From NCBI GenBank assembly GCA_011772425.1, contig WVZO01000393.1, positions 1,615 to 65,614 on the forward strand: DNA of 64,000 nucleotides. The letters are read 5' to 3'. Made by a program: the position numbers and the translations under genes. Positions within the stretch are counted from its first letter, which is position 1, and each line of letters begins with the position of its first letter. The notes below the pieces were generated by a model that saw only the letters and a program-made list of their open reading frames with translations, did no database searches and was not told the DNA's origin. The DNA comes from Candidatus Aminicenantes bacterium. GTDB lineage: Bacteria > Acidobacteriota > Aminicenantia > UBA2199. Shown here one piece after another: positions 8,801 to 17,280 of the stretch.

Positions 8801-8863
8801 TACCTGAAATTAGTTAGTGTGAAAGATAAAAATAAACTTAAGTTAGCGCAGCATAAAAGCTGA
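5840..8863 (+). CDS. Periplasmic beta-propeller (two-component-regulator propeller / Y_Y_Y type) sensor fused to a GGDEF diguanylate cyclase
   Basis: A signal peptide is followed by repeated G(L/I)xxxxI..i..D..G.iW(v/a)gT propeller units. One TM helix (WWFISSLVILCIFVVFFLV) precedes a GGDEF domain with an intact RWGGEEFLV active site and DHFKKVND. Confidence 0.9.
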   Translation: MKITKILLLLVLLAPFHLFAVKYPIINYLASDGLPQSYINALIQDHLGYIFVGTQSGIGKFDGNNFEVITIRNGLPNNFINDFAMDNQGNIWAATLEGLAKIDKTYKISSYMTAKSIRSLKNDSTANTLWIFTQNGVYYLKNNKFVIYKLLDYTFQEGDENKVKGLIITDPGVKYFYSDREILEIKDKKIHTIKSEHNINVLKWLDSEKKIVVGTKDGLFVLKIETAPPRFIPYIDLPPGGRNVTDIVVDERKRIWVGTEGGLLIYTRPFADPIIITDENGFISRRVTKIIIDREKSIFIGTRWGLAQLSPNLFKMYDDSDGLPSEFVWDFLEDEENDSLLIACDNGIAEFNRKTGEIIPFSFLNRQLKDHSVRVIEKIGQNDFLLGTRERGLYRWDRKVRLTRILPNTGVLDGAKTSNNIAWFGTDHGLLKYDNKNNRFRFYRDGLKDDTIWALAVVYNDTLLVGTGKGVQKFYREKFVPSEFESQIHENTVVNDIEVISPSEIMVATELNGLYIFKDNQLKRITTANGLLHNDVWSVIKDNYGNIWLNTTISLARRYTDGFISHFNRKTGLFGDEGSIHSAFKARSGTIYFGITPGIVEIPENPIHKTDIDIKTPILHIKEIKVKGKKVPLDTTSSSHHPIHLNYSQNNIEFAYITVSTRKENPVFYKTCLHPLDTQWSEPTRETHIKYLNLPPADYTFEVIANNGGGENQWFKSKNKIFLVIKKPFWVTWWFISSLVILCIFVVFFLVKLRLNRLEKQKEHLQQLVEKRTTELQHLSITDPLTDLKNRRYLEEKIKEDINLIERSIYDKTKYPHKESLAEAPILGVFILDIDHFKKVNDDYGHKAGDIVIVNIAQLLIEMLRNSDTIVRWGGEEFLVITRQYGKSNSFELAERIRKKVASFEFEINEGITLRKTISVGFAHFPFIPEEINRVNWPHVVSLADSALYIAKNSGRNLSIGIEYGEKELDIDFKEIVSNIKMGVEKNYLKLVSVKDKNKLKLAQHKS

Positions 8864-8891
8864 ATGGAGTAGTATAATAAATAGGAGGACT

Positions 8892-9203
8892 ATGTTTGGT
8901 TCAATTGGATTCCCGGAAATTATAATGATATTTGTGGTGGTATTGTTGGTATTCGGCCCCAAAAAATTGCCCGACTTTGCCAAAAATTTCGGAAAAGCGC
9001 TCCGAGAATTCAGGAAAACAGTCAACGAAGCCAAATCCACCATCGAAGAAGAGATCGAAAAAGCGGATGTATCTGAAGATATAAAAAACATCAATCAAGA
9101 TATTAAAGATATCGATCGAGATATAAAGCAAATTTCCAGGTTTGATTTGGATATGCATACGGAAGATGACAATGACCAAAACAGTAAACGAAAAAAACAA
9201 TAA
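8892..9203 (+). CDS. tatA: Twin-arginine translocase subunit TatA/E
   Basis: The N-terminus MFGSIGFPEIIMIFVVVLLVFGPKKLPDFAKNFGKALREFRK is the canonical TatA TM helix plus amphipathic helix. AGGAGG lies 5 nt upstream. Confidence 0.9.
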   Translation: MFGSIGFPEIIMIFVVVLLVFGPKKLPDFAKNFGKALREFRKTVNEAKSTIEEEIEKADVSEDIKNINQDIKDIDRDIKQISRFDLDMHTEDDNDQNSKRKKQ

Positions 9204-10026
9204 CAATAAAATCGCCGAAAGCCAAAATCAAAACGAAGAAATCCAGGAAGAAATAAATAAAAAAGCAAAAACAAAAAAACATAAACATAAAAGAGGCCGA
9301 GATCCCAACCACATGAGTTTCTTTGAGCACCTGGGAGAACTTCGCAAACGCATTTTCTATTCGTTAGGGTTTATTATGGTCTTTTTTATGATCTCCTGGG
9401 CGTTTGTGGATACAATCTATCACTGGCTGTCCATACCTCTGCTAAGATTCCTACCGGAAGGTGAGAAACTGGCATTTACCTCCCTGCCTGAACCCTTTAT
9501 GATGTATATAAAACTGGCCTTTATTTCCGGGTTGTTTTTGGCCTCACCCTTTATTTTTCACCAATTATGGTTGTTTATATCGCCAGCCCTCTATAAAAAA
9601 GAGAGAAGGTTGGTATTTCCCTTTGTGTTTTTTACTACCCTATTTTTCCTGTTGGGAGGGGCCTTTGGGTACTTTTACGTATTTCCCTTTGCCTGTCGGT
9701 TTTTCCTGCATATCGGAGAAGACTTTCGTGCCATCATTACCATCAGGGAATACTTTACACTGGCCTTCCGGGTTCTGATCGGCATCGCCATTATTTTTGA
9801 ACTTCCTATATTGGTGTTCCTGCTCGCCAAAATCGGTATCCTGACATCCAGGTTCCTGGTTAAATACTTTAAATATGCCGTGGTGGCGATTTTTATTATA
9901 GCCGCAATCATTACACCAACCCCTGATATCATCACCCAGTCCATGTTTGCTGGTCCCATGATATTGCTCTATCTCCTGAGCATATTAATCGCCAAAGTTG
10001 CCGGTCCTAAACCCGAAGGGGATTAG
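9142..10026 (+). CDS. tatC: Twin-arginine translocase subunit TatC (start uncertain)
   Basis: The conserved core begins at MSFFEHLGELRKRI (ATG 9313) and has six TM segments. The track start at 9142 overlaps tatA by 62 nt. ATG 9166/9172 (GGAAG upstream) or 9313 are alternatives. The K/N-rich 57-aa extension may or may not be translated. Confidence 0.85.
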   Translation: MIWICIRKMTMTKTVNEKNNNNKIAESQNQNEEIQEEINKKAKTKKHKHKRGRDPNHMSFFEHLGELRKRIFYSLGFIMVFFMISWAFVDTIYHWLSIPLLRFLPEGEKLAFTSLPEPFMMYIKLAFISGLFLASPFIFHQLWLFISPALYKKERRLVFPFVFFTTLFFLLGGAFGYFYVFPFACRFFLHIGEDFRAIITIREYFTLAFRVLIGIAIIFELPILVFLLAKIGILTSRFLVKYFKYAVVAIFIIAAIITPTPDIITQSMFAGPMILLYLLSILIAKVAGPKPEGD

Positions 10027-10121
10027 TGGCCTGGTAGGATAAAAAATATTGTTTTTTTATTTTTTAGAGGTGGAAAAAAATAATTTTATTTGGTAAACTA
10101 TAGAGCTGCAGGAGATTTAAA

Positions 10122-11105
10122 ATGTTAATATATGTGTATAAACTAGTTTTCATCTTAGTCTTTGCCTTTATAGGGTACAATAATCCGCCGTTCCAGGGCA
10201 CAAAGCTTCAGGGTGCCATAATCGGTGGAAGTTTTGCTTTTGCCTTATCGCTGCTAGCAGTACGCATTAAAAAAACCGAATTAAGAAATTTGTGGAGCGC
10301 CACGATTGGTATTTTGGGCGGTGCAGTTGTGGGTTTTGTCGTCTATATATTGTTAGAGAAAGTAGTTCTCACCTTCTCTGCTTATATCTTCTTTAAAACT
10401 CTGTTTTTATTTGGGTTTCCCATAACCGGGCTCTTTATCGGCATTCAAAAACCCAACATGTTTTCTCCCTTGAATATCCGCGAGTTTTTCAGGGGCAGCA
10501 GTGCCTTCACAGATTCCTTCCTGCTGGACACCAGCGCTATTATCGACGGCAGAGTCCTTCCCATTACCCTTTCCGGCTTTATCCAGGGTGAACTGATCAT
10601 CACCAATTTTGTCCTGGCTGAGCTGCAATCGATTGCAGATTCCACCGACCCCACCAAAAAAGTCAGAGGACGACGGGGACTCGATGTGATTGAAAAATTG
10701 CGCAGCAATCCCCAAATCAATGTTACCATCCTGAATAAAAATATTGCCGGGGCCAAAACAGTCGATCAAAAGATCGTCTTACTGGCAAAAGATCAGAATT
10801 TTAAAATCGTTACCAATGACATCAACCTGAGCCGGATTGCCAAATTACAGGACGTCATCGTTCTAAATGTAAATGAACTGGCCTTTGCCTTGAAGCCTAT
10901 TGTGTACCCTGGAGAGCATTTGAAAGTGCATATTACCAAAGCCGGTAAAGAAAAGAAACAGGGCATTGCCTACCTGGAAGATGGCACCATGGTAGTCATC
11001 GATGACGCCAAATCAGATATCGGCAGAGATTTGGATGTGGAAGTCACATCAGTGCTGCAAACCACTTCCGGTAAAATGATATTCGGGAGAAAACTAACGT
11101 ATTAG
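10122..11105 (+). CDS. Membrane-associated PIN + TRAM domain protein (YacL-like)
   Basis: Four N-terminal TM helices are followed by a PIN domain (FLLDTSAIIDGRV ... VTNDINLSRIA) and a TRAM-like C-terminus (GEHLKVHITKAGKEKKQGIAYLEDGTMVVIDDA). Confidence 0.8.
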   Translation: MLIYVYKLVFILVFAFIGYNNPPFQGTKLQGAIIGGSFAFALSLLAVRIKKTELRNLWSATIGILGGAVVGFVVYILLEKVVLTFSAYIFFKTLFLFGFPITGLFIGIQKPNMFSPLNIREFFRGSSAFTDSFLLDTSAIIDGRVLPITLSGFIQGELIITNFVLAELQSIADSTDPTKKVRGRRGLDVIEKLRSNPQINVTILNKNIAGAKTVDQKIVLLAKDQNFKIVTNDINLSRIAKLQDVIVLNVNELAFALKPIVYPGEHLKVHITKAGKEKKQGIAYLEDGTMVVIDDAKSDIGRDLDVEVTSVLQTTSGKMIFGRKLTY

Positions 11106-11191
11106 TGTACAGCGTATAATTGTGGAATGTAGAGCACAGTAGAGCGTAAACCAGAGAGTGGAGCACGTAAAAGGAGGCGAGGTATAGGACC

Positions 11192-11677
11192 ATGTTGAAA
11201 ATACGATCCGGAATCGGCTATGATATTCATCGAATCGAGAAGGGAGACGGTCTTTCCCTGGGAGGCGTACAAGTATCGAACGAACTCCGTTTTGTGGCCC
11301 ATTCGGATGGCGACCTGCTGATTCATGCTCTAATCGATTCGCTGTTGGGTGCCATTGGAGAAAAAGATATTGGGGAACTTTTTCCCGATACTGACCTTCG
11401 CTACAAAAATATAAAAAGCACCGTGCTGCTGGAAAAAACCCTGGAAATCCTGAAACAAAAACACTTCGAAATCATGAATATTGATGCCGTCATCATTGCC
11501 GAATCCCCAAAAATCAGCCCATTTAAAGAAAAAATACGGGAAAATATTGCTTCGATCCTGGGAATTGCCAAAGAGGATTTTAACCTAAAAGCAAAGACCA
11601 AGGAAAAAACCGGGGCAGTGGGTAGGGGAGAGGCCATGGAGTGTTACTGTGTATCAATGGTCAGGAGTTTAGAGTGA
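11192..11677 (+). CDS. ispF: 2-C-methyl-D-erythritol 2,4-cyclodiphosphate synthase
   Basis: The motifs are RSGIGYDIHR...LGGV...HSDGDLLIHALIDSLLGA...DIGELFPDTD, the IspF zinc and substrate motifs. Confidence 0.92.
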   Translation: MLKIRSGIGYDIHRIEKGDGLSLGGVQVSNELRFVAHSDGDLLIHALIDSLLGAIGEKDIGELFPDTDLRYKNIKSTVLLEKTLEILKQKHFEIMNIDAVIIAESPKISPFKEKIRENIASILGIAKEDFNLKAKTKEKTGAVGRGEAMECYCVSMVRSLE

Positions 11678-11680
11678 AAA

Positions 11681-13030
11681 ATGTCAAAAGCGCGCATTCC
11701 TTTAATCACCATTATTGGCGTACCCAATACCGGGAAATCCACGCTTTTTAACCGTCTCATCGGTCAACGAAAAGCCCTGGTTCATACGGATGCAGGTATG
11801 ACCAGAGACATCTACAAAAAATCTTTTGCAATAAATGGTAAAGAGTTTTATCTCCAGGATTCCGGTGGTTTTTTCCCGGATTCCCACATCATTACGGATG
11901 AAATCAATAAACGAATATTCAAGGAAGCCCAGGCTTCGGATCTTATTATCTTTTTATTTGACGGCAAACGGGATTTACTGGGATATGAAAAAGATCTGTT
12001 CCTGGATATCAAGAAAATAAATCCTAATATTATTCCTGTGGTCAATAAGGTGGATAACCCAGAAACCTTTATTCTATCCCCATCATACTACCAATTGAAA
12101 CAGGATTTTTTATTTGTCTCTGCAGAACACAACCTGGAAGTTGAAACTGTCCTGGAAGCCATTGAAAAGAAATTTGAGAACCACATTAAATCAATGGCGA
12201 AAGCGGATATAGAGGCAGCAAAAACCAGGATCAGTATCGTGGGAAAACCCAACGTGGGAAAATCTTCCATTGTCAACAAAATTTTGCAAGATGATCTTGT
12301 CATCGTCAGTCCTATTCCCGGGACCACCCGGGATTCGGTGGATCTTGAGGTGAAGCGTTACAATAAAACCTTTATCCTTGTGGACAATGCCGGAATCCGA
12401 AAATTAAAAAAGGTCAAAGAGAGAACCGAAAGTGCAGCGGTTATCCGTGCAGAAAAAGACATTCGCAGCGCCGATATCGTAATATTTGTGATAGACATCT
12501 CCAAACGAATCGATCAAAACGATCTACTCATTGCCCACAAGATTTTAAAATCTGCTAGGCCGTTGGTGGTAGCCTGTAATAAATGGGACCTTGTTGCGGA
12601 TGCAGATACGGACACAGATAAGCGTCGTGGGCAATCCCTTCTATCAAGAGCAAAGGAAAAACTCAATTTTTTCTATTTTGCTCCTTTTATTCTTGTTTCA
12701 GCAGTTACCGGTAAGAATATTTTCAATTTACTGGACCGGGCAGCAGCGATTCACACCAAATTGAGTGGCAAAATCAAGACCTCTTATCTCAACAAAGTGG
12801 TCCTGCAAATATCAAAGGAGAAGAAAATTTTAACCGAAACCAATCGGCCCTTTAATCCCAGGTATGTATCTATTGAATCTTACCGGCCCTTTTTTATTCG
12901 TTTTCATGCCGGCAGCAGCCATAAGTTGAAACCCTTCCATGAAATATACTTGAAGAAAAGAATTAGTGAAGCATTGGATTTGGAAGGCATCCCGGTATTT
13001 TTTAAGATTTCCAGCAAAAAGAAAAAGTAA
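11681..13030 (+). CDS. der: Ribosome-biogenesis GTPase Der/EngA
   Basis: There are two tandem G domains (GVPNTGKST...DSGG...NKVD; GKPNVGKSS...DNAG...NKWD) and a KH-like C-terminus. Confidence 0.92.
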   Translation: MSKARIPLITIIGVPNTGKSTLFNRLIGQRKALVHTDAGMTRDIYKKSFAINGKEFYLQDSGGFFPDSHIITDEINKRIFKEAQASDLIIFLFDGKRDLLGYEKDLFLDIKKINPNIIPVVNKVDNPETFILSPSYYQLKQDFLFVSAEHNLEVETVLEAIEKKFENHIKSMAKADIEAAKTRISIVGKPNVGKSSIVNKILQDDLVIVSPIPGTTRDSVDLEVKRYNKTFILVDNAGIRKLKKVKERTESAAVIRAEKDIRSADIVIFVIDISKRIDQNDLLIAHKILKSARPLVVACNKWDLVADADTDTDKRRGQSLLSRAKEKLNFFYFAPFILVSAVTGKNIFNLLDRAAAIHTKLSGKIKTSYLNKVVLQISKEKKILTETNRPFNPRYVSIESYRPFFIRFHAGSSHKLKPFHEIYLKKRISEALDLEGIPVFFKISSKKKK

Positions 13031-13077
13031 TTCGTGTAAATTCGTGTAAATTCGTGTAAATTCGTGTAATTCGTGGG
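13031..13077 (+). repeat. 10-bp tandem word TTCGTGTAAA x4 ending in TTCGTGGG, starting right after the der stop codon
   Basis: The sequence is ttcgtgtaaa ttcgtgtaaa ttcgtgtaaa ttcgtgtaat tcgtggg. Confidence 0.9.
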
Positions 13078-13087
13078 CTGTAAACAG

Positions 13088-13678
13088 ATGATAAAACTGG
13101 CGATTTTTGACATGGACGGAACGGTTTTTGAGAGTCATTTGGACTGGTTAAAAATCAGGGAGGAATTGGAAATCGAGAAGGGTGGGAATATCCTTAAAGC
13201 AATATACAGGGATGATGGTGTGGATGAAGGCCGCCTGGAAATCCTGGAAAATTATGAAAAAGAGAACACCTTAAAAACCAGGCCTATCAGGGGAATATCG
13301 GATTTTCTCCTGTATTTAACGGATGAGAATATCACCACGGTACTCATCACCAACAATAATCGTGAGAACACCTATTTTTTATTAAATAAGTTTAATCTTA
13401 ATTTTGACCTGGTAATCACCCGTGAGATGAAATTATGGAAGCCTGACCCGGATGCGTTTTTGTACGCGATGGCTGAGTACCAATGTAAACCGGAGGAGAC
13501 CATTGCCATAGGAGACAGTTTTTACGATGTCAGGGCTTCCAGGCGTGCCCATGTGCCCCATATTTTCATTATCAAGAACAGCCGTGTTATTCAATTGATT
13601 GGTACGAATGCGGAGGATGTGACGTACTTCGAGGATTACAGGGATTTAAAAGAGATGTTGCCGACGTTCAACATCTAA
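13088..13678 (+). CDS. HAD-superfamily hydrolase
   Basis: MIKLAIFDMDGTVFES is the DxDGT motif I, followed by ITNN and GDSFYDV (motif IV). The track start (GTG 13073) lies inside the tandem repeat, so I prefer the in-frame ATG at 13088. Confidence 0.85.
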   Translation: MIKLAIFDMDGTVFESHLDWLKIREELEIEKGGNILKAIYRDDGVDEGRLEILENYEKENTLKTRPIRGISDFLLYLTDENITTVLITNNNRENTYFLLNKFNLNFDLVITREMKLWKPDPDAFLYAMAEYQCKPEETIAIGDSFYDVRASRRAHVPHIFIIKNSRVIQLIGTNAEDVTYFEDYRDLKEMLPTFNI

Positions 13679-13709
13679 TGTCGACATGTCGACATGTCGA
13701 CATTCGTGG
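13678..13709 (+). repeat. 8-bp palindromic word ATGTCGAC x3 ending in ATTCGTGG, starting at the HAD stop codon
   Basis: The sequence is taatgtcgacatgtcgacatgtcgacattcgtggc. ATGTCGACAT is self-complementary. Confidence 0.9.
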
Positions 13710-13717
13710 CCGGGGGC

Positions 13718-13746
13718 TTGACAAAAGGGGGGAAATTGAATAAGAT
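13718..13746 (+). promoter_or_regulatory. Sigma70-type promoter (TTGACA-N17-TAAGAT) upstream of parA
   Basis: TTGACA lies at 13718-13723 and TAAGAT at 13741-13746. A ~90-nt leader with GGAGAA precedes the GTG at 13836. Confidence 0.45.
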
Positions 13747-13835
13747 TATATTAGCTAGCTAAAGGGCTTTTGTTAAGGAAAAAAATGCTGCTCGCTCAAC
13801 TTGTAAATTTGTAACGTGACTAGAGGAGAAACGAA

Positions 13836-14591
13836 GTGATTATAACGATTGCAAACCAAAAAGGTGGTGTTGGAAAAACAACCACCTCCATCAATGTCTG
13901 TGCTGCATTGGCTTTACTGGGTTACAAAACACTCCTGGTAGATATGGATCCCCAGGCCAATTCAACAGTATCTTTTTTAGACCCTCATGAATTAAAATAC
14001 ACCATTTATGATTTCCTGGAAAATAGTGACCTGGCCTTTGAGGATGTTGTTCAATCTACCGGCATCAAAAATCTCCAATTATTGCCGTCATCCATTTCGC
14101 TGGCCAAACTGGAAGCCAAGCTGATAGGGGAGATAGACGGCCATTTTCGCTTAAAAGATAGAACCGAGTCTTTCAGGTACAATTATGATTATGTGATTAT
14201 CGATACACCGCCAACCCTGGGGTTAATTACCATCAATTCATTCGTCGCAGCCACCCACTTAATTATTCCCATTCAATCTTCTTATTTTGCCCTGGAAGGC
14301 ACTGATGATCTCCTGGAAACCATTGACAAAGTGAGGTCCAGGAGTAACCCGGATTTGGCACTGTTGGGGGTAGTGGTCACCATGTATGATAAACGTACTG
14401 TTATCTCTAAGGACAGCGTAGACCATATCAACAAACTATTCGGTCGAAAAGTATTTAATACAATTATCTCCAGGAGCGTAAGATTGGAAGAAAGCCCGGC
14501 CTATAAAGAATCCATATTTACATTTGCACCTGATTCAAAAGGTGCGGAAGAATACCAGCGGTTGGCGAAGGAGATCGTGGAAAATGGCTAG
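13836..14591 (+). CDS. parA: Chromosome-partitioning ATPase ParA/Soj
   Basis: The deviant Walker A is ANQKGGVGKTTT, with DMDPQAN and IIDTPP. A parB gene follows. Confidence 0.92.
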   Translation: MIITIANQKGGVGKTTTSINVCAALALLGYKTLLVDMDPQANSTVSFLDPHELKYTIYDFLENSDLAFEDVVQSTGIKNLQLLPSSISLAKLEAKLIGEIDGHFRLKDRTESFRYNYDYVIIDTPPTLGLITINSFVAATHLIIPIQSSYFALEGTDDLLETIDKVRSRSNPDLALLGVVVTMYDKRTVISKDSVDHINKLFGRKVFNTIISRSVRLEESPAYKESIFTFAPDSKGAEEYQRLAKEIVENG

Positions 14592-15459
14592 GGCAAAGAA
14601 AGTTGGCTTACCGGATTTTGTTAAGTCAAAATTTGACAACCATTTCGTCGAGGAAATATCGGCACGAACGCGAACCCCGGTAATTCGCAATATACCGATA
14701 GAGAGAATAGTAACCAATACCTTGCAGCCCAGGAAAGATTTTGGCGATTTAAAGGAAATGGCCGACTCCATAAAAGAAAAAGGCATACTGGAACCCGTCC
14801 TGATACGGCCCAGGAACGGAAAATTTGAAATCGTAGCGGGTGAACGCCGATATCGGGCTGCCAAGTTGGCCGGATTGACCCAAATACCGTGTATTGAGCA
14901 TGATGTTGCCGATAACGAGGCACTGGAGTTATCCATTATCGAGAATATTCAACGAAAAGATTTAAGTATATACGAGCAGGCATTTTCTTTAAAATCCCTG
15001 TCTGAAATCTACGGCTATACTCACCAGGAGATCGCACAAAAAATCGGTAAATCCCGCGTAACCGTAACAGAATTGATCCGAATTACCGATTTACCGGAAG
15101 AAATTCTAAAAACCTGTGCGGAATTGAATATCAATTCCAAAACATTTCTCCTGGAACTGGTTAAGCTGAAAGACGTTGAAGAAATGACCGAAATGCTGAG
15201 AAGTTATTCGGAAAAACCATTCTCTAGAGATAAAATCAAAGAAAAAAGAAAAGGTAAAGAAGAAGAAAAGGAAGAGAAAGAAGAAAAAGAACCAATCGAT
15301 AAAACTTTAAGATTTAACGTTATATCTGAGGATAAAGCAGTTAAAATTAAATTCGACATCAAATCTGGCAAGACCGATAAAAATACAATTATAAAATTAC
15401 TGGAAAAATTAATTGCAGATATAAAGGCGAATAAGATCAAAGAATTCAATCTTGATTAG
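14584..15459 (+). CDS. parB: Chromosome-partitioning protein ParB/Spo0J
   Basis: The ParB box is LEPVLIRPRNGKFEIVAGERRYRAAKLAG, followed by an HTH (HQEIAQKIGKSRVTVTE) and a K/E-rich linker. I prefer ATG 14584 (MARAKK, ATGGCTAG overlap with the parA stop) over the track start at 14524. Confidence 0.9.
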   Translation: MARAKKVGLPDFVKSKFDNHFVEEISARTRTPVIRNIPIERIVTNTLQPRKDFGDLKEMADSIKEKGILEPVLIRPRNGKFEIVAGERRYRAAKLAGLTQIPCIEHDVADNEALELSIIENIQRKDLSIYEQAFSLKSLSEIYGYTHQEIAQKIGKSRVTVTELIRITDLPEEILKTCAELNINSKTFLLELVKLKDVEEMTEMLRSYSEKPFSRDKIKEKRKGKEEEKEEKEEKEPIDKTLRFNVISEDKAVKIKFDIKSGKTDKNTIIKLLEKLIADIKANKIKEFNLD

Positions 15460-15726
15460 GATAATAGTGGTATTTATGGTACCATGGCACCGCAGCATTG
15501 GGATTTTGGTCTTTGGTTAACATAATATGACTTATGCGAAGTTACAACAATAGCCCAAAGAAAGGTCGATTTATTCAGGTTATAATAACACGGTGTGCTA
15601 TAAAGCCAAGCCTGAATGGCCCTTATCTTTTTATAGAGTACGGCTGGCGCATAAACGTAAAATGCACTATGTACCCTGAGCGCATAATGTATTCCTGGCA
15701 AGCATTTTAATTGAGGGTTTTAATAT

Positions 15727-16680
15727 ATGGCAAAGAAAAAAATGATATTTATCTTCTTTGATGGCGTGGGAATCGGCAATGCGTCGTCCACCAATCCGTT
15801 TTTTGCAGCAGATACTGATTATTTACCTTTCTTTGAAGGTGGCTGTCTCCTCCCTGATACCCTTCAGACACCTGTTAAATCTATTGATGCCCAGTTAGGA
15901 GTAAAAGGAATGCCCATGAGTGCAACCGGCCAAACAGCTCTTTTCACCGGCGTCAATGCAGCCGCCATTTTCAACGAGCACAGGGAGAGTTACCCGGATA
16001 AATTTATGAGAAGAATAATCAAAGAAAAGAATATATTTTCCATTTTAAGGAAGAATAATTTGAATCCCAGGTTTATCAACGCCTTCCCCGGCTCCACTCA
16101 CCTATTTACGCCGGAGCATATTTATATCAAGGATGACGGAGAGTTTCACCTTTCAGCGCATTTCAAAGCCCAATACAAACGTTCTATCTCTGTTACCACA
16201 TGTATGATGATCGCAAACTGTATGCTCCCTTTTGGTGCACAGGATATTTTAAGAGAAAGAGCATTGTATCATGATTTTTCCAATCAGTCACTGGATGGAA
16301 GAGAACCGAACCTGCCGAAATTTACGCCTGAAAAAGCAGCAGAAATCATATATAGGGTCTCTCGCAATTTTGATTTGCTCTTATATGAATATTTTCAAAC
16401 TGATTTCTATGGTCATGGATTTGATTTTGCTGAATGCATCGATTTAGTTCGGCAGTTGAATCGTCTGGTAAAACACCTGGTTTCTCTGCTGGATAGAGAA
16501 ACCGATACCCTTTTGATCACCAGTGATCACGGTAATCTGGAGGACAGCACGACTCAATTGCATACCAGCAATCCTGTTCCGCTGGTGACTTGGGGCTATA
16601 AGAGTGCTGAATTACGAGATAGAATTAAAAGTATAGTGGATGTTAAACCTGCTGTGGTTAACTTTTTTTTTAATGGTTAA
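15727..16680 (+). CDS. Alkaline-phosphatase-superfamily metalloenzyme (cofactor-independent phosphoglycerate mutase / phosphopentomutase-like)
   Basis: The N-terminal metal motif is IFIFFDGVGIG and the C-terminal motif is ITSDHGNLED. Substrate cannot be determined from sequence. Confidence 0.7.
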   Translation: MAKKKMIFIFFDGVGIGNASSTNPFFAADTDYLPFFEGGCLLPDTLQTPVKSIDAQLGVKGMPMSATGQTALFTGVNAAAIFNEHRESYPDKFMRRIIKEKNIFSILRKNNLNPRFINAFPGSTHLFTPEHIYIKDDGEFHLSAHFKAQYKRSISVTTCMMIANCMLPFGAQDILRERALYHDFSNQSLDGREPNLPKFTPEKAAEIIYRVSRNFDLLLYEYFQTDFYGHGFDFAECIDLVRQLNRLVKHLVSLLDRETDTLLITSDHGNLEDSTTQLHTSNPVPLVTWGYKSAELRDRIKSIVDVKPAVVNFFFNG

Positions 16681-16702
16681 TGGTTACTCCCCTACCCGCA
16701 GC

Positions 16703-17164
16703 TTATAAATCTTTTAGTTCAAGTGAATCTCTTACCAGCTCCAATTCTTCCTGCTTTTCCATATCCAATAAACTTTGAAAGACCTCCCTGACTTCTTCTG
16801 ATCCTGAACCTCTAATCATTTCTTTATACAAATCTATCAGACAATTATCCAATTCCAGGGCCAGTTTGATCACTCCATCCACGGATAAATCTTCTACCTC
16901 GTCAACGGCCAGGGTCTTACATATCCCCAGAATTTCTTTTGGCGGTGGATATTGAAACCAGGTTTTAAGGACCCTTTCAGATACTTCAGCCTCATACCGG
17001 ACCATGCTCTCCTCCAAGTGTTTTTCGTGCCGGCTCAAGTAGTCCAACAACATCCTCACACGTTCCTTATCGGTTTTGTCAATCAAATTCCGATAAAATT
17101 CGCTCAGTTGTTGGTGGAATTCACGGACATGATCCAGCACATCTTTTGTGGTTTCAAATGCCAT
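16703..17164 (-). CDS. Hypothetical acidic helical protein
   Basis: This is a clean 153-aa ORF with GGAGGA 7 nt upstream of the ATG. I recognise no motif. Confidence 0.6.
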   Translation of the reverse strand: MAFETTKDVLDHVREFHQQLSEFYRNLIDKTDKERVRMLLDYLSRHEKHLEESMVRYEAEVSERVLKTWFQYPPPKEILGICKTLAVDEVEDLSVDGVIKLALELDNCLIDLYKEMIRGSGSEEVREVFQSLLDMEKQEELELVRDSLELKDL

Positions 17165-17280
17165 GGTGGGTTCCTCCTTTAATCATTTTCATACGTTTTA
17201 TTTTAAGCTAAAACAACCTCTATTTTCAATAGAAGCATCCATTATTTTCCATTTTTTTAGTTGAAATTTTGCCAGGAATA

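Noticed and set aside
9142-9312. The K/N-rich 57-aa N-terminal extension of TatC overlapping tatA as a possible novel domain.
   Set aside because: It is more simply explained by start-codon ambiguity (9166, 9172 or 9313). It is low-complexity sequence, and nothing supports a function.
13702-13723. Sigma54-type promoter reading of TGGCCG-N5-TTGA (13707-13721), and of TGGCAA-N5-TTGA on the minus strand at 41360-41374.
   Set aside because: The -12 element would be TTGA rather than TTGC(A/T). The other TTCGTGG sites do not have any TTG at the right spacing. The TTGA is better explained as part of a TTGACA/TTGATT -35 box.
13790-13835. Possible parS site near parA (ttgtaaatttgtaacgtgactag).
   Set aside because: It only loosely resembles TGTTTCACGTGAAACA and is not palindromic. 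I found no consensus parS by eye anywhere in the window.
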